Part shown: positions 20,536 through 29,214 of the stretch, in pieces
Numbering within the stretch: position 1 is the stretch's first letter
Layout: each line of letters begins with the position of its first letter
From: Pseudomonadota bacterium
GTDB lineage: Bacteria; Pseudomonadota; Alphaproteobacteria; Rhodobacterales; Rhodobacteraceae
NCBI GenBank assembly: GCA_039821195.1
Contig: JBCBON010000007.1
Coordinates: forward strand, 91-64,090
DNA length: 64,000 bases
Direction of reading: 5' to 3'
Program-made: the position numbers and the translations under genes
Notes under the pieces: generated by a model
What the model was told of the DNA's origin: nothing
The model's database searches: none
The model's input: the letters and a program-made list of their open reading frames with translations, nothing else

Positions 20536-20994
20536 TCAATGCTGCTCGTCATCTAAGCGCTTAAACTCACCATCGATAACATCATGCGACGCTGAGGGTT
20601 GGCCCGGCCGCCCCGCATAGGTCGACGTGTGGACGAGATGCGCTTTTGCGATGATTTGATCTGCGAAAAACCGGATCAACCAGGCTCTCACTTGCGGGAT
20701 CAGTAACGAGAGCCCCATTGCATCAGTGAAAAAACCAGGTGTGACCAGAACCACACCCGCGAGGATTAATAGGGCGCCATGGGCAAGCGTATCCGCGGCT
20801 TTATCTCGACCTTCGATGCTGTCGCGCAACCGTAACAAAGTTGCCTGTCCTTGGCTGCGCAACAATATAGAGCCTGCCAGGGCTGTCAAAACCACGAGTG
20901 CCAAGGTCGGCCAAAGCCCCAGCGCGCCGCCCAGTTGGATAAACAGTGCTATTTCGATGATCGGCACTACCACGAAAATTAAAAACAGCCACAT
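20536..20994 (-). CDS. fxsA: FxsA family membrane protein
   Basis: MWLFLIFVVVPIIEIALFIQLGG.. and PGFFTDAMGLSLLIP motifs. Start trimmed to the ATG at 20994. Confidence 0.75.
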   Translation of the reverse strand: MWLFLIFVVVPIIEIALFIQLGGALGLWPTLALVVLTALAGSILLRSQGQATLLRLRDSIEGRDKAADTLAHGALLILAGVVLVTPGFFTDAMGLSLLIPQVRAWLIRFFADQIIAKAHLVHTSTYAGRPGQPSASHDVIDGEFKRLDDEQH

Positions 20995-21099
20995 GACAAA
21001 CCCTTTACCTCTAGCAGTGGACGATCCCACCTTTGCTACCTAGATAAGTATAGAAATCACCCGCGTCACCGTGGGCTGATGTTTTTGAAAGGATAAAAA

Positions 21100-21750
21100 A
21101 TGGGCGGTCCCGTCATCCAACTGGTTGTACTAGCCGGCATAGCGCTTTTCGTGGCCATTCGCCTAAGCTCTGTTTTAGGGACGCGCGATGGTTACGAAGC
21201 GCCGATTGAACCGAAAAAGGTAAATAAAACGCACGACTTCGAAGTTATCGAGGGAGGTCTGGATCAAGATATTGCAGATCACTTCGATGTAGAAAGTTCT
21301 GAGGGCAAAGCGCTGGCAGAAATGAAGCAAGCAGAATCGAGCTTTAATATTACAGAGTTCCTTGGTGGCGCGCGTCAAGCATACGAGATGATCTTGATGG
21401 CGTATGAAAATGACGATCGGGATACCCTCGAGGCGTTTTTGGCCGAAGATGTGTATGAAGGGTTTTCTGCGGCGCTGGATGAACGCGCTGATAAAGGGCT
21501 TACTGTTGAGGCCGAATTCATCGGTGTTCGTGATCTGAAGATGGTCGGAGCCACCTTTGACAGCGGGGCAAAATTCGCAGAGGTCACAGTTGCCTTCACA
21601 GGTGAGCTGACTTCGGTTGTGAAAGACTATGACGGCAATATTGTCGAAGGCTCGAAGACCGAGATTAAGCGCCAGAAAGATGTCTGGACCTTTGGACGTG
21701 TAATGGGGTCTGATGATCCAAACTGGCAATTAGTGGCTACGGGCGGGTAA
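21100..21750 (+). CDS. Tim44-like domain protein (N-terminal TM anchor)
   Basis: 216 aa. One N-terminal TM helix and a C-terminal region typical of alphaproteobacterial Tim44-like proteins (FLGGARQAYEMI.., DVWTFGR..DPNWQLV). It is next to secB, as in other alphaproteobacteria. Confidence 0.8.
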   Translation: MGGPVIQLVVLAGIALFVAIRLSSVLGTRDGYEAPIEPKKVNKTHDFEVIEGGLDQDIADHFDVESSEGKALAEMKQAESSFNITEFLGGARQAYEMILMAYENDDRDTLEAFLAEDVYEGFSAALDERADKGLTVEAEFIGVRDLKMVGATFDSGAKFAEVTVAFTGELTSVVKDYDGNIVEGSKTEIKRQKDVWTFGRVMGSDDPNWQLVATGG

Positions 21751-21776
21751 TTCCCGCCCCCGTCCTGGGGCGCTCC

Positions 21777-22361
21777 ATGGGCAAAAAGCGTAAACTCTCT
21801 GAGGCGGATCAGACGATTTGGAACGAGGTTTCTAAGTCGATCCAGCCATTACGACCGCGATCCCCCCGACCAGAGAAGAGCCTCCCGGATTTTTCAAAGC
21901 AAGTAAAGTCAGCGCCAGTGCAGACGGAAGTTCTTGACCTGTCGAGCTTGGCAATTGGTTCCCTTTCTTCTGTTGCTAAAGATCATCGATCAGCCCAGAA
22001 AAAACGAACCGCCGGCAACATGGATCGGCGGAGTTTTGAGCGCCTGATCAAAGGCAAAAAAGACATTGATCTTACGATTGATCTTCATGGTATGACGCTT
22101 GATCGCGCTCAGCGTCACCTGCAGGCACGGTTGATTGGCGCGCATGCCGCCGGGCTGCGTTTGGTTCTGGTCATTACCGGAAAGGGAAATAGAACCACGG
22201 TTGATGAATTCAATCGCCCGCGAGCGGGTGTCCTGCGACAAAACCTGCCGGACTGGTGCAGCCGCCCGCCACTTTCGTCGATTGTTCTGCAACTTGTGCA
22301 AGCCCAACAAAAGCACGGTGGAGGTGGGGCGTTCTATGTGTATCTTAAGCGTGCGCGGTAG
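21777..22361 (+). CDS. Smr/MutS2-like domain protein
   Basis: 194 aa. The C-terminal Smr domain carries DLHGMTLDRA and ITGKG motifs. Confidence 0.8.
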   Translation: MGKKRKLSEADQTIWNEVSKSIQPLRPRSPRPEKSLPDFSKQVKSAPVQTEVLDLSSLAIGSLSSVAKDHRSAQKKRTAGNMDRRSFERLIKGKKDIDLTIDLHGMTLDRAQRHLQARLIGAHAAGLRLVLVITGKGNRTTVDEFNRPRAGVLRQNLPDWCSRPPLSSIVLQLVQAQQKHGGGGAFYVYLKRAR

Positions 22362-23542
22362 ATCGTGTAGGCCGCCAAGGCAGAGGCAAAAACAATCATC
22401 AAGCTGATGCCTGGCATCTGTTCTGGGAATGTGGCGCCGCGGTCGATTAACACTCCGGTGATAGCCGGACCAACGGCAGAGCCCAAAACCATAATGGCGG
22501 TTGCGGCTGCTTTGATACTTCCAAGGTACCGGGTGCCATACATTTCCGCCCAAAACGATACGCCAAGCGTCGACCAACCCCCTTGCATCAAAGCGATGAA
22601 AAAGAATGAGAGAGCGGCGCCGGCAAAGTTTGTTGTCGATGAGAGAATTAAAAACCCAATTGCAGCGGGCAATTGTGCAAATGGGATCAAGCGACTCGCC
22701 CCGAAGCGGTCAATCAATACGCCATAGATCAGCATCGCGACCACAGTCGTTGCTGTGTACAACGGAAACAATACAACAAGGTCAGAGTGATCCCAGCCTT
22801 TTACCTCGGCCAAGTGGACCTGCTGAAAAAACAGCACTGTACCGTAGATGCTGGGACCAATCACAAGCGGAAATAACGCCCAAAACATCCAGTTTTTGAT
22901 CACGTCCAAACGGGTCCAGTGCCGACCCCCAAGGCCAAGAGATGTGGTTTCGTTGGCTGCGTCCGCAGGCCGGCGCTCTTGGGAAAGTTGCCAGAGTATG
23001 AGTGGAATAAACAAAAGGGCCATACCCACCACACCAAGCCAAAGTGTTGTCCATGGGAAAAAGACCAAAAGAGCCACAACCAACATCGGTAGGAATGCTT
23101 CGCCTATTGAAAAACCAAGCCCCGCAATCGAAACTGCTTTGCCGCGGTTGAGCCCAAACCAGCGCGCCATGCCAACCATCGCTGTATGATGCAGCATACC
23201 CTGGCCGCAGAACCGAAGACCAAAAATGATGAATGGCAACAAAGCGACAGATGCATTTCCAGCCATAGCAGCACAAAAACATGCGAGGCTCCCTAAGAGC
23301 ATGACCGCAAGCCACTTCACCTTCACATAATCGGATAGCGATCCCGCCCATATCATTAGGAAGCCAGAGATCATTGTCCCGGTGGCATATGCCGTGCCCC
23401 ATTCACCATCCGTCAGGTCGTAATGAGCCATAATCTCTGCGGCAAAGATGGAAATGAAAAAGGTTTGGCCGAAACTCGATGTAAAGGTCAGCGCCAATCC
23501 CGCAGACAGCCACCGTGAATTTCCGATAACAAATCGGATCAC
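22334..23542 (-). CDS. MFS transporter
   Basis: 402 aa, about 12 predicted TM helices in two six-helix halves. 4-nt overlap with the upstream PAP2 gene. Confidence 0.7.
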   Translation of the reverse strand: MIRFVIGNSRWLSAGLALTFTSSFGQTFFISIFAAEIMAHYDLTDGEWGTAYATGTMISGFLMIWAGSLSDYVKVKWLAVMLLGSLACFCAAMAGNASVALLPFIIFGLRFCGQGMLHHTAMVGMARWFGLNRGKAVSIAGLGFSIGEAFLPMLVVALLVFFPWTTLWLGVVGMALLFIPLILWQLSQERRPADAANETTSLGLGGRHWTRLDVIKNWMFWALFPLVIGPSIYGTVLFFQQVHLAEVKGWDHSDLVVLFPLYTATTVVAMLIYGVLIDRFGASRLIPFAQLPAAIGFLILSSTTNFAGAALSFFFIALMQGGWSTLGVSFWAEMYGTRYLGSIKAAATAIMVLGSAVGPAITGVLIDRGATFPEQMPGISLMIVFASALAAYTIYRARLRYT

Positions 23543-24285
23543 TCGCTGACCAATCCACTGGGTTTGAAAAAGTGTGCAAGGATCAACGCTATGGTGACAA
23601 CAAAAAAGATAGAAAAGAGAGTGTCAGATGTGAAATGCGCGCCAAAGACCACTCGAAGTGCAATTCCAATTAGCGCGAGGATCAACGCACCGTAACGAAG
23701 TCTCTGCTTCAATGTCTGATCACTGAGTCCGTTTGTAAGGACCCAAACGGAGATCGCCATAGCGGTGGCACCGGCACCTTCGCCTGATGTGAACGAACAA
23801 TTAAAGTCGCATTGGTCTGAGATCTGGAAAACAGGCGTGAAGTCCAAGTTACCACTAAACTCCACGACATCTCTTGGACGTGCTCGTCCCCAAAATTCTT
23901 TGAATACAGAGTTTACCAAAAGACCAGGTCCCAGAATGTAAAGGAGGGTCACAAACCACCAGTCACGCGCTGGTACCAGCATTGGCCTCTTTCTAACGAA
24001 GGTCAGAAGTAGCCCGAGCAATCCGAAAAAACCGGTAGCCAGCATAATTTGGTGGATAAAGTGTCTTGTGTTTGCGCCAACCCAAGTTTGGCCGAGCCAA
24101 AAGCCATGTACCGGGTGAAAAAACAGTCTGGAAAAGAAAAGATCCAACTGCGGCCAGATCGCGAACGGTAAATGCAGCACAATAAATGCGATAAGCAATC
24201 CCTGCGGTGTAATAGAAAAATCATAGGGTCGGATCACCATGACCCGCCTGTAGCGAACCAAAATGTTCAGCGCAAAGTCATTCAC
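23539..24285 (-). CDS. PAP2-superfamily (type 2 phosphatidic acid phosphatase-like) membrane protein with variant C2 motif
   Basis: 248 aa, polytopic. C1 is KEFWGRARP (K-x6-RP) and C3 is LRVVFGAHFTSD (R-x5-H-x3-D). C2 reads SFTSGEG, not the usual PSGH. Confidence 0.7.
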   Translation of the reverse strand: MNDFALNILVRYRRVMVIRPYDFSITPQGLLIAFIVLHLPFAIWPQLDLFFSRLFFHPVHGFWLGQTWVGANTRHFIHQIMLATGFFGLLGLLLTFVRKRPMLVPARDWWFVTLLYILGPGLLVNSVFKEFWGRARPRDVVEFSGNLDFTPVFQISDQCDFNCSFTSGEGAGATAMAISVWVLTNGLSDQTLKQRLRYGALILALIGIALRVVFGAHFTSDTLFSIFFVVTIALILAHFFKPSGLVSE

Positions 24286-24288
24286 CTT

Positions 24289-25389
24289 TTAAGCGGGTTT
24301 TTGCGCCCATGGTGGCAAGCGATCCTTGAACGGGAAAGTTGGCAAGGTATTCAACAAGGCGCTTCGTAAAACTGCCCAAAAGGCACCCGTCGCGACCAGA
24401 GCTGCACCGAGTAGAAAGACCGTGGTGAAGGTACTGCCCTCTTCGATCGAAAAAGCGAGTGCAATGATATAAATAACACCGGAAAGCAGGAACGAGCGTC
24501 GGTCAACGATCAAGGCCGAACACGTAATGAACAGCAGAAAGGCAATTAATGCTGCGATGGCCGCAGTTCCTCCATCGGTGAACAAGGTCAACGCGACTGT
24601 GTTAACGATGGCTGGGGCTGCTATAATATGTACCCAAAAGGCGTTCTTGTTGTGACGCGTGACCCTGTGCGGATCCTTCAAGTCAAAATACATTGCAGCA
24701 AGAAACCCAAAAAGCCCCAAAGCAATTGTTATCAAAGAAAATGGGCCTTCACTTGATAGCAAGAAGATGTCACGCCAACCTTCGATATTCTGTCCGCTCG
24801 CTCGGGTGACCGCAAAAACCAAAACATAGATCGCCAGTGCTATGGCAAAAAGGGTCGAAGGTATGCGAAAGAGGTACCAAAACGCCAATAATGCCGCGAG
24901 GACGAACATGGGAACAAAGACACCAGTGAAACTGACATAAAATGCCATGTTTCCGCTGTCTGGCGGGATAGTATCAAGCAAGAACCGGGCATACAGCGTC
25001 GTGCCTAATTGCATCGCAGACAGGGTCCACATGACAACGATTGCATTGGATGGTCCGACCATGCGCCTGTTCAATGTGAAGTATCGAGCGAGCAGCCCCA
25101 ATGTCAAAAGGCTTACGACCCCCGGCGCAATCGCGCTTGGAATGAGGGCATCGACCGAACCGAAGGCCAGGGCGATCCCGTTCCAGCCGATGTATAATAG
25201 TACCAGACCGATAATAATGAAAACTTCATTGAAGCCTTTGAAAAGCTCAAACGGTTCGTCGGATCCGGTAAGTTGACTGCGGATCCCGTCGCGCTCTTCG
25301 GACACCGCAATGATCTGGGCCGCTTGCCCTTCAGAGATAATCCCGGCTGCGACTGTGGCTTGGATGTCTTCACGTTCGATTGGTGTCAT
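24289..25389 (-). CDS. Polytopic membrane protein (DUF2157-like N-terminus), function unknown
   Basis: 366 aa. A short soluble N-terminus (GIISEGQAAQII) is followed by about 10 hydrophobic helices. Its stop is 3 nt before the PAP2 start. Confidence 0.55.
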   Translation of the reverse strand: MTPIEREDIQATVAAGIISEGQAAQIIAVSEERDGIRSQLTGSDEPFELFKGFNEVFIIIGLVLLYIGWNGIALAFGSVDALIPSAIAPGVVSLLTLGLLARYFTLNRRMVGPSNAIVVMWTLSAMQLGTTLYARFLLDTIPPDSGNMAFYVSFTGVFVPMFVLAALLAFWYLFRIPSTLFAIALAIYVLVFAVTRASGQNIEGWRDIFLLSSEGPFSLITIALGLFGFLAAMYFDLKDPHRVTRHNKNAFWVHIIAAPAIVNTVALTLFTDGGTAAIAALIAFLLFITCSALIVDRRSFLLSGVIYIIALAFSIEEGSTFTTVFLLGAALVATGAFWAVLRSALLNTLPTFPFKDRLPPWAQKPA

Positions 25390-25432
25390 AGCACTTCTAT
25401 GAAACGGCTAACGAACGCGCACAACCCTTCCG

Positions 25433-26632
25433 CTATTCCATATCAAATTTAGACAGAACTTGAGGGATTGCCTTTTTCACTTTGAAAAACCCAGCTGTCG
25501 CTTTGGGCCAGATCTCCGCATCCCATGGCCGCATAACTTCGGTTATTGGCAGTCCGTGCAACGTAATCCAATCACGCAGCGGTCCTACTGGAATGAAGGG
25601 TGTTACGATTTGATCCGCCTCCGCCAGCGCATGTCGTAAAGGTGCTGGGTCATCCGCAGGCAAAATTTCCGCTTTAGGCAGCCCCTGATCTTCTAATCTT
25701 TTTGTTGCATCCTCTAGAGCGGCCGTTTCAAATTCGGGGATCATCCAATTTGTATCTGTCCCGCGAAGATGTGACGCTTTGAGAGCGATGACCTTGGTGA
25801 TGTTGACCTCGGGAAAAAACGAAAGGTCGGCTGAACAATCGTCCTCAGTCACCAGTAGCACTGAATTTCCACGCATTTTTGGTGCCATCACCGTGCGCAC
25901 TGGTGTGACGTCTGGCAATACCGCGTCCGGGTCGATGGATCCGTCCACCTTAGCAAAATTTTTGTCATCCGGGGCAAAGCGACCATTGGTAAACTTTTCG
26001 ATGTTCCAGGCGCTGGCACCATAGCTTTTGCCCAGCGTATGCAGGCCCCCCACCCATCGCCAAGAGCACGTGTTGGACGCGGGATCCCCATCCAATAAAT
26101 TCGTTAAAAAGAAATCAGCACCCAATTCCCACGGTAACCGTAGTGTGAAAATCCAAATTGAGGCGAACCACATTCGCGCATGGTTATGAAGGTAACCAGT
26201 TTCCGCGAGCTCTTCAGCCCACGCATCAAAGCACTTAATTCCGGTCCGCCCTTGGATTGCCGCATCGTAGTCTTTGCGCAGACGCCGATTTGTATCGAGC
26301 GCAAATCTCTGAGTTTCGAGTGCGGTCAGATACTCACCCCAGATTGTAGGCCGGCGTTCCAGCCAACCCTTGAAATAACTGCGCCAGAAAACTTCTTGAA
26401 TGAATTTCTCAGCCCCATCCAAGCCATGCCCGTCTAAAGCAAGCTTTACGATTTCTTTTTCGGTAATGATCCGCCTTCGAAGATAGGGCGAAAGGTTAGA
26501 GACGGCAGAATGCTTCCCGGGACCTTTGTCGTAGTTACGGCCGGACGCATAGCGTTTACCCATTTTGGGCTGAAACTCTTCAGCGAGCGTTAGGGCGGTT
26601 CGGCGGTCAGCAGGACGAGCAATTTTCAACAT
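25433..26632 (-). CDS. Cryptochrome/photolyase-family FAD-binding-domain protein, apparently with swapped domain order
   Basis: 399 aa. The N-terminal half has photolyase FAD-domain motifs: SNLSPYL, FIQEVFWRSYF, GRTGIKCFDAWAEEL..TGYLHNHARMWFAS, DGDPASNTCSWRWVGG. The C-terminal half (SVLLVTEDD.., IVTPFIPVGPLRD.., AGFFKVKK) resembles the alpha/beta domain that is normally N-terminal. Confidence 0.65.
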   Translation of the reverse strand: MLKIARPADRRTALTLAEEFQPKMGKRYASGRNYDKGPGKHSAVSNLSPYLRRRIITEKEIVKLALDGHGLDGAEKFIQEVFWRSYFKGWLERRPTIWGEYLTALETQRFALDTNRRLRKDYDAAIQGRTGIKCFDAWAEELAETGYLHNHARMWFASIWIFTLRLPWELGADFFLTNLLDGDPASNTCSWRWVGGLHTLGKSYGASAWNIEKFTNGRFAPDDKNFAKVDGSIDPDAVLPDVTPVRTVMAPKMRGNSVLLVTEDDCSADLSFFPEVNITKVIALKASHLRGTDTNWMIPEFETAALEDATKRLEDQGLPKAEILPADDPAPLRHALAEADQIVTPFIPVGPLRDWITLHGLPITEVMRPWDAEIWPKATAGFFKVKKAIPQVLSKFDME

Positions 26633-26667
26633 GTCGCGGAGGTAGTAGTCTTAAGTCTTAAGGCCAG

Positions 26668-28080
26668 TTATCTGCGTCGGCGTGCTTCCCATGGACGCAG
26701 GAGATCAGTTGGTTTCACCGGCTCGTGAAGGGCGGCTTTCAGCGAACCCCAATTCTTTCTAGCTTTCCATACGTTCCGGATGTTGGACACGAAACTGCAA
26801 TGTCGAACACGCATGTTCCCCACCGCGATAAGCGAGTGTGGCTGCTTCTTGTCCGTTAGCAACTTCGCTTCGTCTTGGACTATTTGTAGGACAGAAGATG
26901 CGTCTGATCGTAGAACAGCTATCATCTTGAGGTCAGCGAAGAGACTACTTTCTTTCATGTTCAGATTGATGATTTTATGGTCCACCAGATCTCCATTTAC
27001 CTTGAACGACAGCCGTCGAAATTGATCCTCGTTTTGCGCTAGAACCGAAATAATGATCCATACAGGGTCGCTTGTTAGAGCTGGAATCAATAGCCTTGGA
27101 CGCTTGCTTGGTCCTGATTGGCGAAACCCGCTGGTCGCTTCGCACATCTTGCCCCAATCGTAACCCCGTTCTTCGGAAGTCATTTCGAAACTCAGAGGAC
27201 GGACTAAGACTATGGGATTGGGGAGGAGACCCCTGAATACATCTTTGGTGATTTTAACAAGAGGAAAATTCACATCCTGTATTGGTTTGTCGTTAGCCCA
27301 ATGCAAGCGCCCGGGGAGGGCCGCTTTTGCGTCGTGTGCATCCTCGATGTTTTCTTTGAATACCTTACTCTCTTTCCTAGAAAGCAGGTGATCCAACAGC
27401 ATTTCTTGTTCGTCTGAGGATGGGTCAAGGTAAGTCAGATACCTGTCGGCTGCGGAAAACTTGTGGACTGTTAAGTTGCCGGTCGCTGCAAAACGAAGGC
27501 CAGCTTCGCGCGCTTTTATTTCAAAGTAGATGTCAATCGGTCGATTGACAGACCCTTGCTCCGGCCAACGAGAAATTCGGTGCATGACATCCCGACGATG
27601 TGAAATACCACTCGGTGGCACATGATGCTCTTCCGTGCATAGCCCAAACGGGCGCAGGCCAAGCGTCCGTGGCTTGCGCCTACTTTCAAGACTTTGATGA
27701 AGAATGACGCCGGAATAGACAAACTCTGCGTCAAAGGATTTATACGCCTCATACAACTTCGTAAGATGATCAGGGGACCAAACGTCATCATGACCGAGAT
27801 AAGCAATGTAAGTGCCTCGCGCCTCATCAATGCCGCGGTTGTTTGGCTCTGATTGTGAACCTGTTCGCTCTGGTAAATTGATCCACTTGATTTTCAGGGA
27901 GGCAAAGTCGGCAATCACATTGGGAGTGTCGTCGGTTACGCAATCGCCGATCACCAAAAGTTCAAAGTCCTGAAGGCTTTGTTCCAGAACAGAAGAGATC
28001 GAAGGAACGATGTGGCGACCCCTGTCATAAGTTGCCATGACAACGGTAAAAGTTGGAGTTTGGCTGACCTTAGAACTCAA
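26668..28080 (-). CDS. Family 2 glycosyltransferase with an uncharacterised C-terminal extension of about 250 aa
   Basis: 470 aa. N-terminal GT-A fold motifs: FTVVMATYDRG, LLVIGDCVTDDT, YIAYLGHDDVW. I recognise no motif in the C-terminal half. Visibly lower GC than the flanks. Confidence 0.75.
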   Translation of the reverse strand: MSSKVSQTPTFTVVMATYDRGRHIVPSISSVLEQSLQDFELLVIGDCVTDDTPNVIADFASLKIKWINLPERTGSQSEPNNRGIDEARGTYIAYLGHDDVWSPDHLTKLYEAYKSFDAEFVYSGVILHQSLESRRKPRTLGLRPFGLCTEEHHVPPSGISHRRDVMHRISRWPEQGSVNRPIDIYFEIKAREAGLRFAATGNLTVHKFSAADRYLTYLDPSSDEQEMLLDHLLSRKESKVFKENIEDAHDAKAALPGRLHWANDKPIQDVNFPLVKITKDVFRGLLPNPIVLVRPLSFEMTSEERGYDWGKMCEATSGFRQSGPSKRPRLLIPALTSDPVWIIISVLAQNEDQFRRLSFKVNGDLVDHKIINLNMKESSLFADLKMIAVLRSDASSVLQIVQDEAKLLTDKKQPHSLIAVGNMRVRHCSFVSNIRNVWKARKNWGSLKAALHEPVKPTDLLRPWEARRRR

Positions 28081-28597
28081 TGGGAATATCTGAGTTTGGA
28101 TAAGGAAGCCGATATTTATCTGGGTCTTTCAAGTCGTAAACTTCCGTCGGCATGTTAATAAAATATGCGTTTCCCGATCCAATGTTGCATACGCCATGAA
28201 CGACCCAAGTTGGGATTATAAGTCTGATCGGATCGTCATGGCCGGCGGTAAAATCCATCACGTTGCCCTTAGTTGGACTGTCGTCACGGATATCGAATAA
28301 TACAATCCGAAAAAGTCCGTTGATAAAGTTGAGCCGGTCAACCTGTATCTTATGATAAAGCCACGCGCGAACGGACATCGGGGTCGCGGTCACACAATAT
28401 GAATGTTTGAATTCTGTTATTGGTCCGTTGCGTGTGGACAGTAACTCAACAAGATCACCGCGATCGTCGGCATGACGTACAAGGCTTTCGATGGTCACAC
28501 CTTCGATATCACCAGAAACAGGTTTGAAAGGTGGATTATCACCATGGGCCCAAGCTTCATCTTTCACGAATTTTTTGGCTGATACTACTTTTTGCAT
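28070..28597 (-). CDS. RmlC-like cupin (dTDP-4-dehydrorhamnose 3,5-epimerase family-like), copy B
   Basis: 175 aa from the ATG at 28597, preceded by GGAGAGGA. Motifs DDRGDLVELL, YHKIQVDRL, D.R.DSPT.G and IP..VVHG. Its 3' end overlaps the GT2 start by 11 nt. Confidence 0.6.
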   Translation of the reverse strand: MQKVVSAKKFVKDEAWAHGDNPPFKPVSGDIEGVTIESLVRHADDRGDLVELLSTRNGPITEFKHSYCVTATPMSVRAWLYHKIQVDRLNFINGLFRIVLFDIRDDSPTKGNVMDFTAGHDDPIRLIIPTWVVHGVCNIGSGNAYFINMPTEVYDLKDPDKYRLPYPNSDIPIEF

Positions 28598-28686
28598 ATT
28601 ATCCTCTCCCGTCCACAGACCACTATCTAACTTTAAGAGGCCATAGAAGGATGTTTGCATAATCACTGGTCATTCGGCGTTCCTGC

Positions 28687-29214
28687 TTAAAATTGGAAGG
28701 GTACTTCTGCGCTTGGGTGAAGAATACGATACTTATCGGGGTTTTCGAGATCATAGACTTCGGTAGGTAAATTCACAAAGGTGGCCATATCATTGCCAAT
28801 GTTTTGCACACCGTGGACAACATATGTGGGCAACGTGAGGCGGATTGGGTTTTCTAAACCAGCGCGGATTTGAATGAGTTGACCCCTAGTTGGGCTATCT
28901 TCACGAATGTCGTACAAGACGATGAGGAACTCTCCGTGTATGAATGTCAGTCGATCGCGCTGTTTTTTGTGATAAACCCAAGCTCTGATCGATCCGGGCT
29001 CACAATTGACGGAGTAAACATGAACAATTGGGTGGCTTAACCCGTCGCGCGCCGTCAAAAGTTCCACCAGGTTTCCACGATCGTCTTTGTGCCGCACAAG
29101 AGTTTCAATAATCACCCCTTCAATTTCGGCTTCTTTCTTTTCTGGTTTTGGATTGTTTGCATGATCCCATGGTGCATCTTGTGCGAATGCCGCTGGCTTT
29201 ACCACTTCTGTCAT
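28687..29214 (-). CDS. RmlC-like cupin (dTDP-4-dehydrorhamnose 3,5-epimerase family-like), copy A
   Basis: 175 aa. Paralog of copy B: 94 of 175 positions are identical in my ungapped hand alignment, with the same motifs (DDRGNLVELL, YHKKQRDRL, DIREDSPTRG, VVHGV). Confidence 0.6.
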   Translation of the reverse strand: MTEVVKPAAFAQDAPWDHANNPKPEKKEAEIEGVIIETLVRHKDDRGNLVELLTARDGLSHPIVHVYSVNCEPGSIRAWVYHKKQRDRLTFIHGEFLIVLYDIREDSPTRGQLIQIRAGLENPIRLTLPTYVVHGVQNIGNDMATFVNLPTEVYDLENPDKYRILHPSAEVPFQF

